Source: an uncultured Saprospiraceae bacterium
GTDB lineage: Bacteria; Bacteroidota; Bacteroidia; Chitinophagales; Saprospiraceae
Length of the DNA: 64,000 bases
Assembly (NCBI GenBank): GCA_964450495.1
Contig: CAYVFU010000010.1
Location: forward strand, 488 to 64,487
Direction of reading: 5' to 3'
Position 1 is the stretch's first letter. The number at the start of each line of letters is the position of its first letter. Below are positions 47,228 through 57,358 of this stretch, one piece after another. A model generated the notes under the pieces. The model worked only from the letters and a program-made list of their open reading frames with translations. It was not told the origin of the DNA and did not search any database. A program made the position numbers and the translations under genes.

Positions 47228-47764
47228 ATGGACAAATATATATACTGTCTCATCTTATTTGCTAGTTCAATCAGTTTGTTTTCTCAAAATGAATATTTTG
47301 TCAATAAAGAAGCTGGTTTTCGCATTCAAGCACCAGGTGAATTTTTAGAAAAATTTCAGCAAATTAGTACAGAAATTGGCATCATGGAAGTGTTTACATA
47401 CTACCACCAACCTGATAGCGAAGACGCAAAGAATTTTTTATATCTCATCAATTACATTGAATATCCAGAAGGTGCATTGCATCATGACAGTCTTGCCATA
47501 GTAGAAGATTTATTTGCTAAATCATTTGAAGAATTCAATATCTCTGTTAGTGGTAAGGTGATTTACCAAACACCATTTTTAGATGACTCACCCCCGAATT
47601 CAATTTTTAGAGTAGAATACGATAACGGGTTTAATGTGGTAAAAGCCAAAATGCTTGTTCACGAGAATAAATTTTATTTCCTACAAGTGTTTACGACAAA
47701 ACCACACAGTCTTAACAAAGACATAGATAAGTTTTTAGATTCGTTCACTTTGTATGCGGGATGA
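47228..47764 (+). CDS. hypothetical secreted protein
   Basis: The ORF opens at 47204, but the signal peptide starts at ATG 47228 (MDKYIYCLILFASSISLFSQ). No family was recognised. Confidence 0.6.
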   Translation: MDKYIYCLILFASSISLFSQNEYFVNKEAGFRIQAPGEFLEKFQQISTEIGIMEVFTYYHQPDSEDAKNFLYLINYIEYPEGALHHDSLAIVEDLFAKSFEEFNISVSGKVIYQTPFLDDSPPNSIFRVEYDNGFNVVKAKMLVHENKFYFLQVFTTKPHSLNKDIDKFLDSFTLYAG

Positions 47765-49526
47765 CCCAATTTAGTTTGTACAAATCGCCAGCTGATTCAA
47801 TGTCATCACCTTCATTCATACCTAGTCCAAAGTAAAAGTCATTGTTAAAATACTCAAATGACCTTGCAAGATTAGTGCTTTTAAAATTGAATTCTTCTTT
47901 CCAACATTCAGGGTTAATTGTTGGCGCATCTGAACTATAGACATAATTTTTATAGTCTCCATTAATTAATTTCTTATGGGCAAGTGCATAGAGTTTGCTG
48001 CCAATCAATAAAAGATCTTCACCAACAGCATCTGGTTCTGGAAACACAACTTCCTTTGCTTGATCGTAAAGAGCTTCTTTTAAGTACATGCCTCTACTGT
48101 TGTTATATTGCTTGATGTATAAATTGTTATAGTTTTGATTTACAGAATAACTGCGCAAGGTATAGACTAATTTTCCTGATACCTCCACGGAAGTCTGGGG
48201 CCGTAAGATAGTATGGAATTTTATCGTGTCTTCTAGACTAGTTGTCATTGTATCGGCTGGAAAAAAGTGGTGGTGTTTCAATTGCTCAAATTCATTTGCG
48301 TGTGCACTCCAAGTTATTTCGTTATTCGTTATAGTGAAAAACTGAGCATCTTGTATGACGAGATTTGGTGAATATATTTCATTAAACATCGCATTTGGTA
48401 TGATTAATTGATCTTGATATGTCCATCCACCGAAAAACCAATTCCATCTTGCATTGATATACGGATCAGCAAAAGCAAACTCGGATGTCAACATATCGGT
48501 TTGGTATACCGAGCCAGTCAATTGAAGTAGGCCACTGCATTCAGAGCTAAACTCTCCGGGACATCTGGTATTACCCAAAAGATAATATTTATTATTGAAT
48601 GGTATGATGTCTCTGACATGTGCCATTTTGTAGTCAAGAACTATCTCAGACACTTGTCCATTTTTAACCACGTTGTATTTTCGGGTATCTCCACCTCTTG
48701 GGTCGCTATTTGGTATGAAAAGGCTATCGGTAATAATTCTAAACTTTTCAATAGCTTCACTTTTAATAGAGCCATAAGCAATGAAACTGTCTAATTCATT
48801 ATCCCAAGAGACTAAAGGAATAGGACCTGGATTGGTTGTCGTATTTCCAAAACCTAAAAAGATGCGATTTTCAAATAGCTGCAAATCCCAAATGTTCCTT
48901 TCTTTTTGTTGAAACCCAAGATCTCTCGGTACGTTACCTAACAACACAAGTTGATTTGTTTTTTCATTGTCTATCACCAGATCATCGCATTGATTAATTT
49001 CAATGTAAAATTCACTCCCAATACTTAAATCGAAAGGATGTTTTAAATATATATGATCTCCAGCTGAATAGCTTACACTACTATTGGTATTGATTATATG
49101 TTTACTGTCTATAGAAAGGAATGCCTGATAAGTGTCAGATTGCGCTATTCCATCTAAGACATTTGAGAATTGCTCAGAATATGACAGAGGACAAATTTCA
49201 TCACATGTATGTTGTTCTTGACAACGTGCATTTTCATTGATTACTACTTCTGCGTTGCCTACTTGATCTAATATCAGTTCTGTTTTGAATCTAGGATTAC
49301 CAAGAGCATATGCATCTACAGCTACCAATTTATTCTCTTGACCATTGTTTATTTGACAAGTTTCGCTTGGTGGAATGGTGCATTCAACCAAAAGAGTGCT
49401 TCCATTGAAAGAAAAAATAGCAACAACACAATCACTATTGTTATGGATGGAAATGGCCTGCGAAATACTGGGTTTAACGATGGATATAAGCAGAAAAAAT
49501 AAGTAAAACCTCATGTGGCTTTTCAT
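47745..49526 (-). CDS. hypothetical secreted protein (593 aa)
   Basis: Long ORF with a signal peptide (MKSHMRFYLFFLLISIVKPSISQA). No family was recognised. It overlaps the previous gene convergently by 20 nt. Confidence 0.7.
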   Translation of the reverse strand: MKSHMRFYLFFLLISIVKPSISQAISIHNNSDCVVAIFSFNGSTLLVECTIPPSETCQINNGQENKLVAVDAYALGNPRFKTELILDQVGNAEVVINENARCQEQHTCDEICPLSYSEQFSNVLDGIAQSDTYQAFLSIDSKHIINTNSSVSYSAGDHIYLKHPFDLSIGSEFYIEINQCDDLVIDNEKTNQLVLLGNVPRDLGFQQKERNIWDLQLFENRIFLGFGNTTTNPGPIPLVSWDNELDSFIAYGSIKSEAIEKFRIITDSLFIPNSDPRGGDTRKYNVVKNGQVSEIVLDYKMAHVRDIIPFNNKYYLLGNTRCPGEFSSECSGLLQLTGSVYQTDMLTSEFAFADPYINARWNWFFGGWTYQDQLIIPNAMFNEIYSPNLVIQDAQFFTITNNEITWSAHANEFEQLKHHHFFPADTMTTSLEDTIKFHTILRPQTSVEVSGKLVYTLRSYSVNQNYNNLYIKQYNNSRGMYLKEALYDQAKEVVFPEPDAVGEDLLLIGSKLYALAHKKLINGDYKNYVYSSDAPTINPECWKEEFNFKSTNLARSFEYFNNDFYFGLGMNEGDDIESAGDLYKLNWVIPHTK

Positions 49527-49837
49527 CCTGCAAAGGAATCATTTATTTAACGTAAACACAAGACGAAATTATACTAATTGAAACCCATTGGAGACATTCT
49601 GATTGTTTTATAATTCCATTTACGATGTCGTAAAATGCTCTCCTGTAATTGTGCGCTATATTTTATTGCTTTGATAATGCTCTGTAGAAAATAGCAATTT
49701 CAAACTCAATCAGACATTATGTTATTCTTGAATATAATGATGTAACCAATAGTTTGTGCAAGTTTGTATACTCTGTAATGAAATTTGCAATACCATTACT
49801 CAAAATACCTATATTCGGCTTTAGCTAATATAATGAT

Positions 49838-50299
49838 ATGAAGAATTGTGTTTTTCCGGGATCCTTTGACCCAATAACTAAAGGGCATGTAGATTTGATT
49901 GACAGAGCGTACCCCCTTTTTGATAAAATATTTGTAGCCGTTGGTCAGAACTCTGTAAAGAATAGTTTGTTTTCTTTAGAGCAGCGTATGGAATGGTTAG
50001 AAGAAGTGTTTAAAGATTATGAAAAAGTTGAGGTAGGACAGTTTGTTGGGTTAACAGTCAATTATTGTATGGAAGTTGGCGCACAGTATTTATTAAGAGG
50101 ATTGAGAAATGCGTCTGATTTTGACTACGAAAAAACAATCTCTCAGCTTAACAACATTATCGGTAAAAATGTAGAAACTGTATTTTTTATAAGTCGGCCT
50201 GAGTATTCTCATTTTAGTTCGACAATCGTAAGAGAAATCATAAAAGGTAAAGGTGATTATAAACAATTTGTTCCTAATAATATTGAAATAAATCTATGA
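49838..50299 (+). CDS. coaD: pantetheine-phosphate adenylyltransferase
   Basis: 153 aa with FPGSFDPITKGHVDLI and SSTIVREI. Confidence 0.93.
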   Translation: MKNCVFPGSFDPITKGHVDLIDRAYPLFDKIFVAVGQNSVKNSLFSLEQRMEWLEEVFKDYEKVEVGQFVGLTVNYCMEVGAQYLLRGLRNASDFDYEKTISQLNNIIGKNVETVFFISRPEYSHFSSTIVREIIKGKGDYKQFVPNNIEINL

Positions 50300-51927
50300 A
50301 TAATACAAATCCAAGTGTGCCGATTCCAAAAAATGAAACAGTCTTATCTTATAAGCCAGGAAGCAAAGAAAGAGAAGACGTCAAAGCGGCTTATGATGAG
50401 TTAAAAAACAAGCAATTGGATATTCCAATGACTATAGGTGGCAGGAAAGTGTTCACTCGAAAGAAAATGCCTATCTCTCCACCGCATGACCACAAATACA
50501 TTATTGGGACATTTTCTCAAGGGTCAAAAAAACATGTAAAAGACGCAATACAAGCGGCATTAGATGCTAAAGCCAATTGGGAAGCTACACCATGGGAAGA
50601 ACGAGCAGCGGTATTTTTAAGAGCTGCTGATTTATTGTGTGGGCCGTTTAGAGCTAAAATGAATGCTGCAACAATGCTCTGTCAAAGTAAAAATGTCTAC
50701 CAGGCTGAGATTGATGCGGTAGCTGAAATGGCAGATTTTTTCAGATTTAATGCACAGTACATGACTGACATGTTTAAGATTCAGCCAGAAAGTGCAAAAG
50801 GGATATGGAATAGATTAGAGTATAGGCCACTCGAAGGATTTATCTTTGCGTTGACACCATTTAATTTTACATCGATAGCAGCTAATCTGTGTGCTGCACC
50901 AGCAATGCTGGGAAACACAGTTGTTTGGAAACCAGCGGATTCTCAGATTTATTCTGCAGCTGTTATAGTTGAATTGTTTGAAGCAGCAGGATTGCCACCT
51001 GGCGTGATTAATTTAATTTTTACCGACGGACCAGAGACTGGTGATGTTATATTTTCGCATCCTGAATTTGCTGGCCTTCATTTTACTGGTAGTACAGGTG
51101 TGTTTAAGCATCTATGGAAAACTATCGGTAATAATATAAATGTGTATAAAAGCTATCCAAGAATCGTGGGAGAGACTGGAGGGAAGGATTTTGTTGTGGC
51201 TCACAAATCAGCGAAAGCGGATGAACTAGCTGTAGCATTAGTCAGAGGCGCATTTGAATATCAAGGTCAAAAGTGTTCTGCAGCATCAAGAGCATATGTA
51301 CCAAAATCTTTATGGACTGATGTCAAGGCTAAGATGCGTCAGTGCTTAAAAGACATAAAAATGGGATCTCCAGAAGATTTCCAAAATTTTATAAATGCTG
51401 TTATTGATGAAAAAGCGTTTGATAAGATAAGTGGCTATATCAAAAAAGCCAGTAAAGCAAAAGAAGCTAAGATTATCTTTGGTGGTAAATACGATAAGTC
51501 AAAAGGCTATTTCATTGAACCAACAGTTATAGAAACAAAAAATCCGCAGTATCTCACCATGTGTGAAGAAATTTTTGGCCCAGTCTTGACCGTCTATGTA
51601 TATAAAGATGACCAATATGCGGAAATACTTGATGTCGTTAATGAAACGTCACCTTATGCTCTAACTGGAGCTGTCTTTGCTACAGATAGACTAGCAGTAG
51701 AAATAGCTCATATCAAACTCCGACATGCAGCTGGTAATTTTTATGTCAACGACAAACCTACAGGTGCCGTGGTTGGACAACAACCATTTGGTGGCGCTAG
51801 AGCTTCGGGAACAAATGATAAGGCTGGTTCGATTTTAAACTTGTTTAGATGGGTAAGCCCAAGAACAATCAAGGAAAATTTTAACCCGCCTTCAAACTAT
51901 AGATATCCGTTTATGGAGGAATCTTAA
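50296..51927 (+). CDS. pruA: L-glutamate gamma-semialdehyde (1-pyrroline-5-carboxylate) dehydrogenase
   Basis: 543 aa, aldehyde dehydrogenase fold, with catalytic Cys context EYQGQKCSAASR and FTGSTGVFKHLW. It has an ATGA overlap with coaD. Confidence 0.9.
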   Translation: MNNTNPSVPIPKNETVLSYKPGSKEREDVKAAYDELKNKQLDIPMTIGGRKVFTRKKMPISPPHDHKYIIGTFSQGSKKHVKDAIQAALDAKANWEATPWEERAAVFLRAADLLCGPFRAKMNAATMLCQSKNVYQAEIDAVAEMADFFRFNAQYMTDMFKIQPESAKGIWNRLEYRPLEGFIFALTPFNFTSIAANLCAAPAMLGNTVVWKPADSQIYSAAVIVELFEAAGLPPGVINLIFTDGPETGDVIFSHPEFAGLHFTGSTGVFKHLWKTIGNNINVYKSYPRIVGETGGKDFVVAHKSAKADELAVALVRGAFEYQGQKCSAASRAYVPKSLWTDVKAKMRQCLKDIKMGSPEDFQNFINAVIDEKAFDKISGYIKKASKAKEAKIIFGGKYDKSKGYFIEPTVIETKNPQYLTMCEEIFGPVLTVYVYKDDQYAEILDVVNETSPYALTGAVFATDRLAVEIAHIKLRHAAGNFYVNDKPTGAVVGQQPFGGARASGTNDKAGSILNLFRWVSPRTIKENFNPPSNYRYPFMEES

Positions 51928-52055
51928 ACCAAAAAATGGGCTTATTTTATTTATTGCTTTATCCTGTTGATTCGTCTGCTGTGTGATACTTTTCTATAGC
52001 TATACTCAAGTTATTCTAGTATATTTAGTAGCTAAATTAAGACAATACAGATGCT

Positions 52056-52080
52056 TTAACGAGCTCTGCTAATTCGTTAA
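52056..52080. promoter_or_regulatory. 7-bp inverted repeat TTAACGA-N11-TCGTTAA just upstream of the second CotH gene
   Basis: Seen directly in the sequence. Its 3' arm ends 9 nt before ATG 52090. Confidence 0.25.
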
Positions 52081-52089
52081 TGTCACACA

Positions 52090-53475
52090 ATGAATCATCT
52101 AAAATCACTACTCTTTATTTTTTGCTGTTTTCTAACTGTGTTGATCTCTTGTGGTAAAAATGATCTCATCGATACGCCTATTGTCGAGCAGGAAACAGAA
52201 GTAGAACAAATAGAGATAGACGAAAACGCAAATTACCTAAATGAAAAGTCAGATTACATATTTGATGATGATAAGCTATTGACATTTAATCTAAACTTAT
52301 CTTCCACCGCATTATCAAAAATAGATTCAAATCCTGCGGCAGAGGAATATGTAGAAGGTAGTTTGACCTTCGAAGGAGAGACGGTACAGAAAGTCGGTAT
52401 TAGATATAAAGGTTCCATCGGTTCTTTCGTAGGTTGTTTATCAAATAGAGACTGGGCCAATCCCTCTGGATTTAAAACTTGTACGAAGCTTTCCATGAAA
52501 ATAAAAATGAATTGGCAAAACAGTGACGATACATTTTTTGGTCTAAAAAAATTACAGTTCCATTCCATGAATAATGACGATTCCCAATTAAGAGAGCGAT
52601 TAGGGTATAGGTTGTTTAGAGAAATGGGTGTTCCTGCTCCGAGAAGTGTTCATGCTAGACTGTTCATCAATGGAAAATATGTTGGTTTGTTTGCTTTGAC
52701 AGAACAAATTGATGGCAGATTTACAAAGCAAAATTTTGAAGACGGCAATGGTAATTTATATAAAGAAATATGGCCCCTAAGAGATAATGGTCAGCCTTAC
52801 CTGTCAGGTGAATACACTGATGCACTCAAAACAAATGAAGATGAAAATCCTTCAGTGGAACAAATGATGAATTTTGCACAGGAATTAGCTGAAGCAGGCG
52901 AAGAAGACTTGAAAAGTGTTGTCGAAAAATGGATGGATATAGAAGAGATAATGTCATACATTGTAGTTGACAGGGCAATCAGAAATGACGATGGTATTTA
53001 CCATTGGTATTGTAATGCTAATGAATGTACCAATCATAATTTTTATTGGTATGAAAATCCTATTGATGAAACGATGCACCTTATCCCATGGGATTTGGAC
53101 AATGCGTTTGAAAATATATCATACGATTCTAATCCTGTAACACCCGTTGCAGATGATTGGAATCAAATAAGGAATGAATGTCAACCCTTTGGTTATGGTA
53201 TTTTTTTGTTCCCTCAACGATCTGCTTCTTGCGATAAATTAATGAGATCATGGACATTCTTCGAAGATGACTACAATAGAATAGCTTCTGAATTTAAGCA
53301 AAGTTATTTTTCAGAGTCAATCATTAATGGTTGGATTGACAAGTGGTCTGACCAAATTCGAGAAGCGACAAAAGAAGCTAGTGAATTGCACGGAGATGCA
53401 ATAACAATGCAACGATGGGAAAGGTATATAATTACGCTTAAATCTGATATGGACTTTGCTCGTACTAAGTTGTAG
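52090..53475 (+). CDS. CotH kinase family lipoprotein
   Basis: 461 aa with lipobox VLISCG and a CotH core (LRERLGYRLFREMGVPAPRSVHARLFINGKYVGLFALTEQIDGRF...NLYKEIW...IPWDLDNAF). Confidence 0.85.
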   Translation: MNHLKSLLFIFCCFLTVLISCGKNDLIDTPIVEQETEVEQIEIDENANYLNEKSDYIFDDDKLLTFNLNLSSTALSKIDSNPAAEEYVEGSLTFEGETVQKVGIRYKGSIGSFVGCLSNRDWANPSGFKTCTKLSMKIKMNWQNSDDTFFGLKKLQFHSMNNDDSQLRERLGYRLFREMGVPAPRSVHARLFINGKYVGLFALTEQIDGRFTKQNFEDGNGNLYKEIWPLRDNGQPYLSGEYTDALKTNEDENPSVEQMMNFAQELAEAGEEDLKSVVEKWMDIEEIMSYIVVDRAIRNDDGIYHWYCNANECTNHNFYWYENPIDETMHLIPWDLDNAFENISYDSNPVTPVADDWNQIRNECQPFGYGIFLFPQRSASCDKLMRSWTFFEDDYNRIASEFKQSYFSESIINGWIDKWSDQIREATKEASELHGDAITMQRWERYIITLKSDMDFARTKL

Positions 53476-53603
53476 CTTTTACGGTGATATCAATTCTATT
53501 GATTGGGTATTTAAGTCTCACAACTGTTTTTAAAATTCAGTTAAAATCTCTCACAAAGCAACCATGACAGCTCTTCTACAGTTATAGTACTAAATAGTCG
53601 TTT

Positions 53604-54323
53604 ATGAGAATTATACTCCTACTTTCACTTGCATTAAGCATAAGCATTTCACCTAGTTATAGTCAATTTGGAAAATTATTAGATAAAGCTAAGTCTGTAC
53701 TTAATACTGATGAAGGTGGTTTGGACATTGGTGGTGGTCTCAAAGAGGCGCTTCAAGTTGGAGTTAATGATGCTGTCACTTCTCTTTCTCAAGAAAATGG
53801 ATATTTGAATAGCCCATTCAAGGTGTTAATTCCTGAAGATGCACAGAAAGTTGTGTCAACAGTTTCCAAAATTCCGGGGTTTACAAATGTAGAAACTGAT
53901 CTTATCAATAAAATGAATGAGGCAGCTGAATTGGCAGCTAAGAAGGCCGGACCAATATTTCTTGATGCTATAAAACAAATGACAATCAAGGACGCAACAA
54001 ACATCCTGATGGGAGAACAAGATGCAGCAACAAAATATCTAGAAGGGACTTCTCGAGAAGCTTTGTATGCAGAGTTTATGCCCGTCATTCAAAACGCTTT
54101 GGATGAGGTTGATGCACGATCTCTTTGGACAAAAGCAGTATCTGCGTACAACAAGGTTCCATTCCAAAAGAAATTAAATCCAGATTTAGACGATCATGTA
54201 AACAGTAAAGCACTAGATGGAATGTTCGGCTTAGTAAAAGAAAAAGAAGAAGGCATTAGAAGTGATGTTGGTTTGCGAACAAGTCCTTTATTACAAGAAG
54301 TATTCGCCAAGCAAGATAACTAG
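53604..54323 (+). CDS. DUF4197 domain protein
   Basis: 239 aa with a signal peptide and GGLKEALQVGVNDAV...ENGYLNSPFKVLIP...ALDGMFGLVKEKE, the typical DUF4197 pattern. Confidence 0.75.
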   Translation: MRIILLLSLALSISISPSYSQFGKLLDKAKSVLNTDEGGLDIGGGLKEALQVGVNDAVTSLSQENGYLNSPFKVLIPEDAQKVVSTVSKIPGFTNVETDLINKMNEAAELAAKKAGPIFLDAIKQMTIKDATNILMGEQDAATKYLEGTSREALYAEFMPVIQNALDEVDARSLWTKAVSAYNKVPFQKKLNPDLDDHVNSKALDGMFGLVKEKEEGIRSDVGLRTSPLLQEVFAKQDN

Positions 54324-54366
54324 TCAGTAGGTGTATCTCCTCAGAGAAAAACTAAAAAAAAATATT

Positions 54367-55602
54367 TCAGAATCTTGGATTTACCACACTGTTGTTTTGC
54401 GTGCCAAACCTGTAGCTAAATCCTAGGTAGGTATAATAGGTATAATCAGTATCTAATTGTATCGCCTGCAGTAAAATGTCTTCATCACTAAATTCAGTTT
54501 TGGCTATATTGATTCTATCTTTTACAAAAGCAAAATAACCACCAAAGTTAAGTCTCAATCCTTTAACTAAGTTGAGCTCAATATCAGGGTTCAGTTCAAG
54601 ACTAAATTGTGACAGGTTATGCAAGAATTGTTCTGCTCTTGCAAATATGTTAATGTTTCCCCATTTCTGAGTTTGGTTAAATTCGACATCAATTCCATGA
54701 CGAATAACTGTTTCTTTCAATTTTTCATAAATGGTTTGTTCTGTATAGTCAAAGTATTCTGGTCCAACCGAATATAGGATACTAAATCGTCGTGTGCTAT
54801 TTTCAGAATAAGGATAAATATTATACTCAATAGCAGGCTTTAGTTCTAATTCAAAGTCAGTATTTCCAAAAGTCGAAGAACCAGCTTCTACTTCAGCACC
54901 TATCGATATGTGATCATTTACGCTTTTCACGTAAAGTACACTATTGTTGTTGCGTGTTATTGTGGTACTTACTTTTTCACCGTCACTCAACGTAAAACTA
55001 GATCGTTCATAATTATGCCATGATCTGATTCTTAGTTTTGTTTGATTAGTTATTTTTGAAGCAGATACAAATCCTGTTACATCTGAAGTTTGAAAACTTG
55101 ATTCTCCATTTATATAGGCATTACCTCTTATGCTAATAGACCAATTTTTCCATGGATCTTTAGCTACTTCTTGATTGTCTTCTTCCGTGTTACTTGTTTT
55201 AACGCTGTAATCAAGTTGATCAATTAAATCAGTTTGAATGACAAAGGGTAAAATTCCTTTTTTTAAATTTTTTAAAAATTGTTCTCGAGCATCTGAGTCT
55301 GAGACATTAGCCTGTCTATAAAATTGTATCGTGTCAATAGTACCTTCAAATCTATCCTGACCAGTTATAATAAATTGAATTTCTCTTGATCCTCCACTAG
55401 CAGATTGATCTGTGGCTAGGACAAAAACATCTGCTGCCTGTCTGTCTTGAACGTAATTGACAAAAGTCATTTCCTGTTTAATGTATACCATGTCACATCT
55501 GGTGTTGCAATCTATAAACAAGTTTGGTCTATCTGTAAGGGATTGTGCTATTAGTGGCAGTTGTAGCCATATAGTTAGGAAGAGGAGGCTATAGTATTTC
55601 AT
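54367..55602 (-). CDS. hypothetical outer-membrane beta-barrel protein
   Basis: 411 aa with a signal peptide, alternating hydrophobic beta-strand pattern in the C-terminal two thirds, and a terminal aromatic residue (…NPRF). Confidence 0.65.
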   Translation of the reverse strand: MKYYSLLFLTIWLQLPLIAQSLTDRPNLFIDCNTRCDMVYIKQEMTFVNYVQDRQAADVFVLATDQSASGGSREIQFIITGQDRFEGTIDTIQFYRQANVSDSDAREQFLKNLKKGILPFVIQTDLIDQLDYSVKTSNTEEDNQEVAKDPWKNWSISIRGNAYINGESSFQTSDVTGFVSASKITNQTKLRIRSWHNYERSSFTLSDGEKVSTTITRNNNSVLYVKSVNDHISIGAEVEAGSSTFGNTDFELELKPAIEYNIYPYSENSTRRFSILYSVGPEYFDYTEQTIYEKLKETVIRHGIDVEFNQTQKWGNINIFARAEQFLHNLSQFSLELNPDIELNLVKGLRLNFGGYFAFVKDRINIAKTEFSDEDILLQAIQLDTDYTYYTYLGFSYRFGTQNNSVVNPRF

Positions 55603-55701
55603 ACTAACTAATAAACGATTATTTGAGAATAGGAGTATATTAAAAGTGCATTTATAAGAAATCCAATAATAAATTTTAAAATGAGCGACGACTATGGCTT
55701 C

Positions 55702-57246
55702 TCAATCTCCTATAGCAGCCATCCGAAAACGTTCTATTGGTGAAGTGTCGTGTTCATCATTCATAATCAATGCGATCTCTTTTACAATTTCTGGATAGTC
55801 CGCAGAGACATCGATTTTTTCTTGCGGATCATTATCAAGATTATAAAGTGCAATCTCTGTATTTGATTCTTCCAAAATGTTTTTGCGGATGCCTTTCCAT
55901 TTTCCTTTTCTAACGGCTTGTTGGCCTCCGTAAGAAGGAAACTCCCAATACAAATGGTCATGTGACTTCTGTTCTTTGTTTAGAAGAGTTGGCATAAAGC
56001 TGATGCCATCTGTCAATGGGGTGGGTTTGTCAATAAGATCAGCCACTGTTGCGAAGACATCATAAAAACTGGAAATATGGTCAGATTTACTGCCTTCTTT
56101 TATATGTCCATGCCAATGTGCAATCATCGGAACTCTAATGCCACCTTCATTCAATTGCCCTTTAATTTTTTCTCTTACTGTCTCGAATGGCGCGGCACTG
56201 TCAAAAAATGGCGTATCCGCTCCACCTGCATAAGTAGGTCCATTATCACTTGTGAAAATGATTAATGTGTTTTCATATCGGCCGTAATCTTTTAAGGTTT
56301 GAATTAATTCACCGACTTGCTCATCTAGATAAGAGATCATCGCAGCATAGGTGGCACGAGGATATTGATTTGGGAAATAGCTTTTTCCAGTATAGGGTTC
56401 TTCTTCACCAAATTTTTCGCGGTAGTGCTTTACCCATCGCTTTGGTGCTTGTAAAGGGACATGAGGGATAGGAGTGGCGTAATACAAAAAGAAGGGCTGA
56501 TTATCTTTTTGCCGTTTAATAAATGCTAAGGCCTCGTCTTGCATTGCAGTTGGTGCATAATCATTTTGATGATAAGGAGCATAACTATTTGAATCATTGG
56601 GATCGAGACCAGCTGGATATTCTTTATGAGGGATAACCAATTCGTTATCTAAGAAATGACGTTCATGGTTTTTCCAAAGATGGGTTGGGAATAAGGTATG
56701 TGCTTGTCGTTGACAATTGTACCCATAGAAGAAATCAAAGCCTTGACTGTTTGGAGTCCCTTCAGTGCCCGGTGCACCTAATCCCCATTTTCCAACCAAA
56801 CCAGTAACGTAATTATTTTCTTGTAAAAACTCACCGATAGTATAGAGACTATCAGGTATAGGATACTGTCCTTCCAATGAAGAATCCCGATACATTTCAT
56901 TAAAATCCCAAACATTTCCTCGAGTTCCCCATTCGTGATTGCCTCGTACAAATGAATGTCCAGCATGCTTACCAGTTAAAAGAATACAACGTGCAGGTGC
57001 GCAAACAGGTGCTCCTGAATAATGATTTGTAAACATCATTCCTCCTTTTGCTAGCACATCAATATGTGGAGTCTCTATTTTTTTTTGACCATAGCATCCG
57101 AGTTCTCCATAACCAAGGTCATCAGCCAAAATATAGATAATGTTTGGAGCAGATTGATTTGACGTATTGGAAGTTGGAGTGCATTGCCAAAAGGTTAATG
57201 CTATAAAGAAGTGAACGGAGAATATGTACAGCTTTTTTGATTTCAT
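55702..57246 (-). CDS. arylsulfatase (formylglycine-dependent sulfatase family)
   Basis: 514 aa with a signal peptide, DDLGYGELGCYG, and the C-x-P-x-R FGly motif CAPARCILLTG. Confidence 0.9.
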   Translation of the reverse strand: MKSKKLYIFSVHFFIALTFWQCTPTSNTSNQSAPNIIYILADDLGYGELGCYGQKKIETPHIDVLAKGGMMFTNHYSGAPVCAPARCILLTGKHAGHSFVRGNHEWGTRGNVWDFNEMYRDSSLEGQYPIPDSLYTIGEFLQENNYVTGLVGKWGLGAPGTEGTPNSQGFDFFYGYNCQRQAHTLFPTHLWKNHERHFLDNELVIPHKEYPAGLDPNDSNSYAPYHQNDYAPTAMQDEALAFIKRQKDNQPFFLYYATPIPHVPLQAPKRWVKHYREKFGEEEPYTGKSYFPNQYPRATYAAMISYLDEQVGELIQTLKDYGRYENTLIIFTSDNGPTYAGGADTPFFDSAAPFETVREKIKGQLNEGGIRVPMIAHWHGHIKEGSKSDHISSFYDVFATVADLIDKPTPLTDGISFMPTLLNKEQKSHDHLYWEFPSYGGQQAVRKGKWKGIRKNILEESNTEIALYNLDNDPQEKIDVSADYPEIVKEIALIMNDEHDTSPIERFRMAAIGD

Positions 57247-57358
57247 GTTTAACTAAATTACTTAATCATTCATCAAATATTTAATTTCACTTCATCATTT
57301 TCTCATCTATTGGTATATTAGATAAGGTTTCTATAAACAGATCCATTAAAAAGTATTC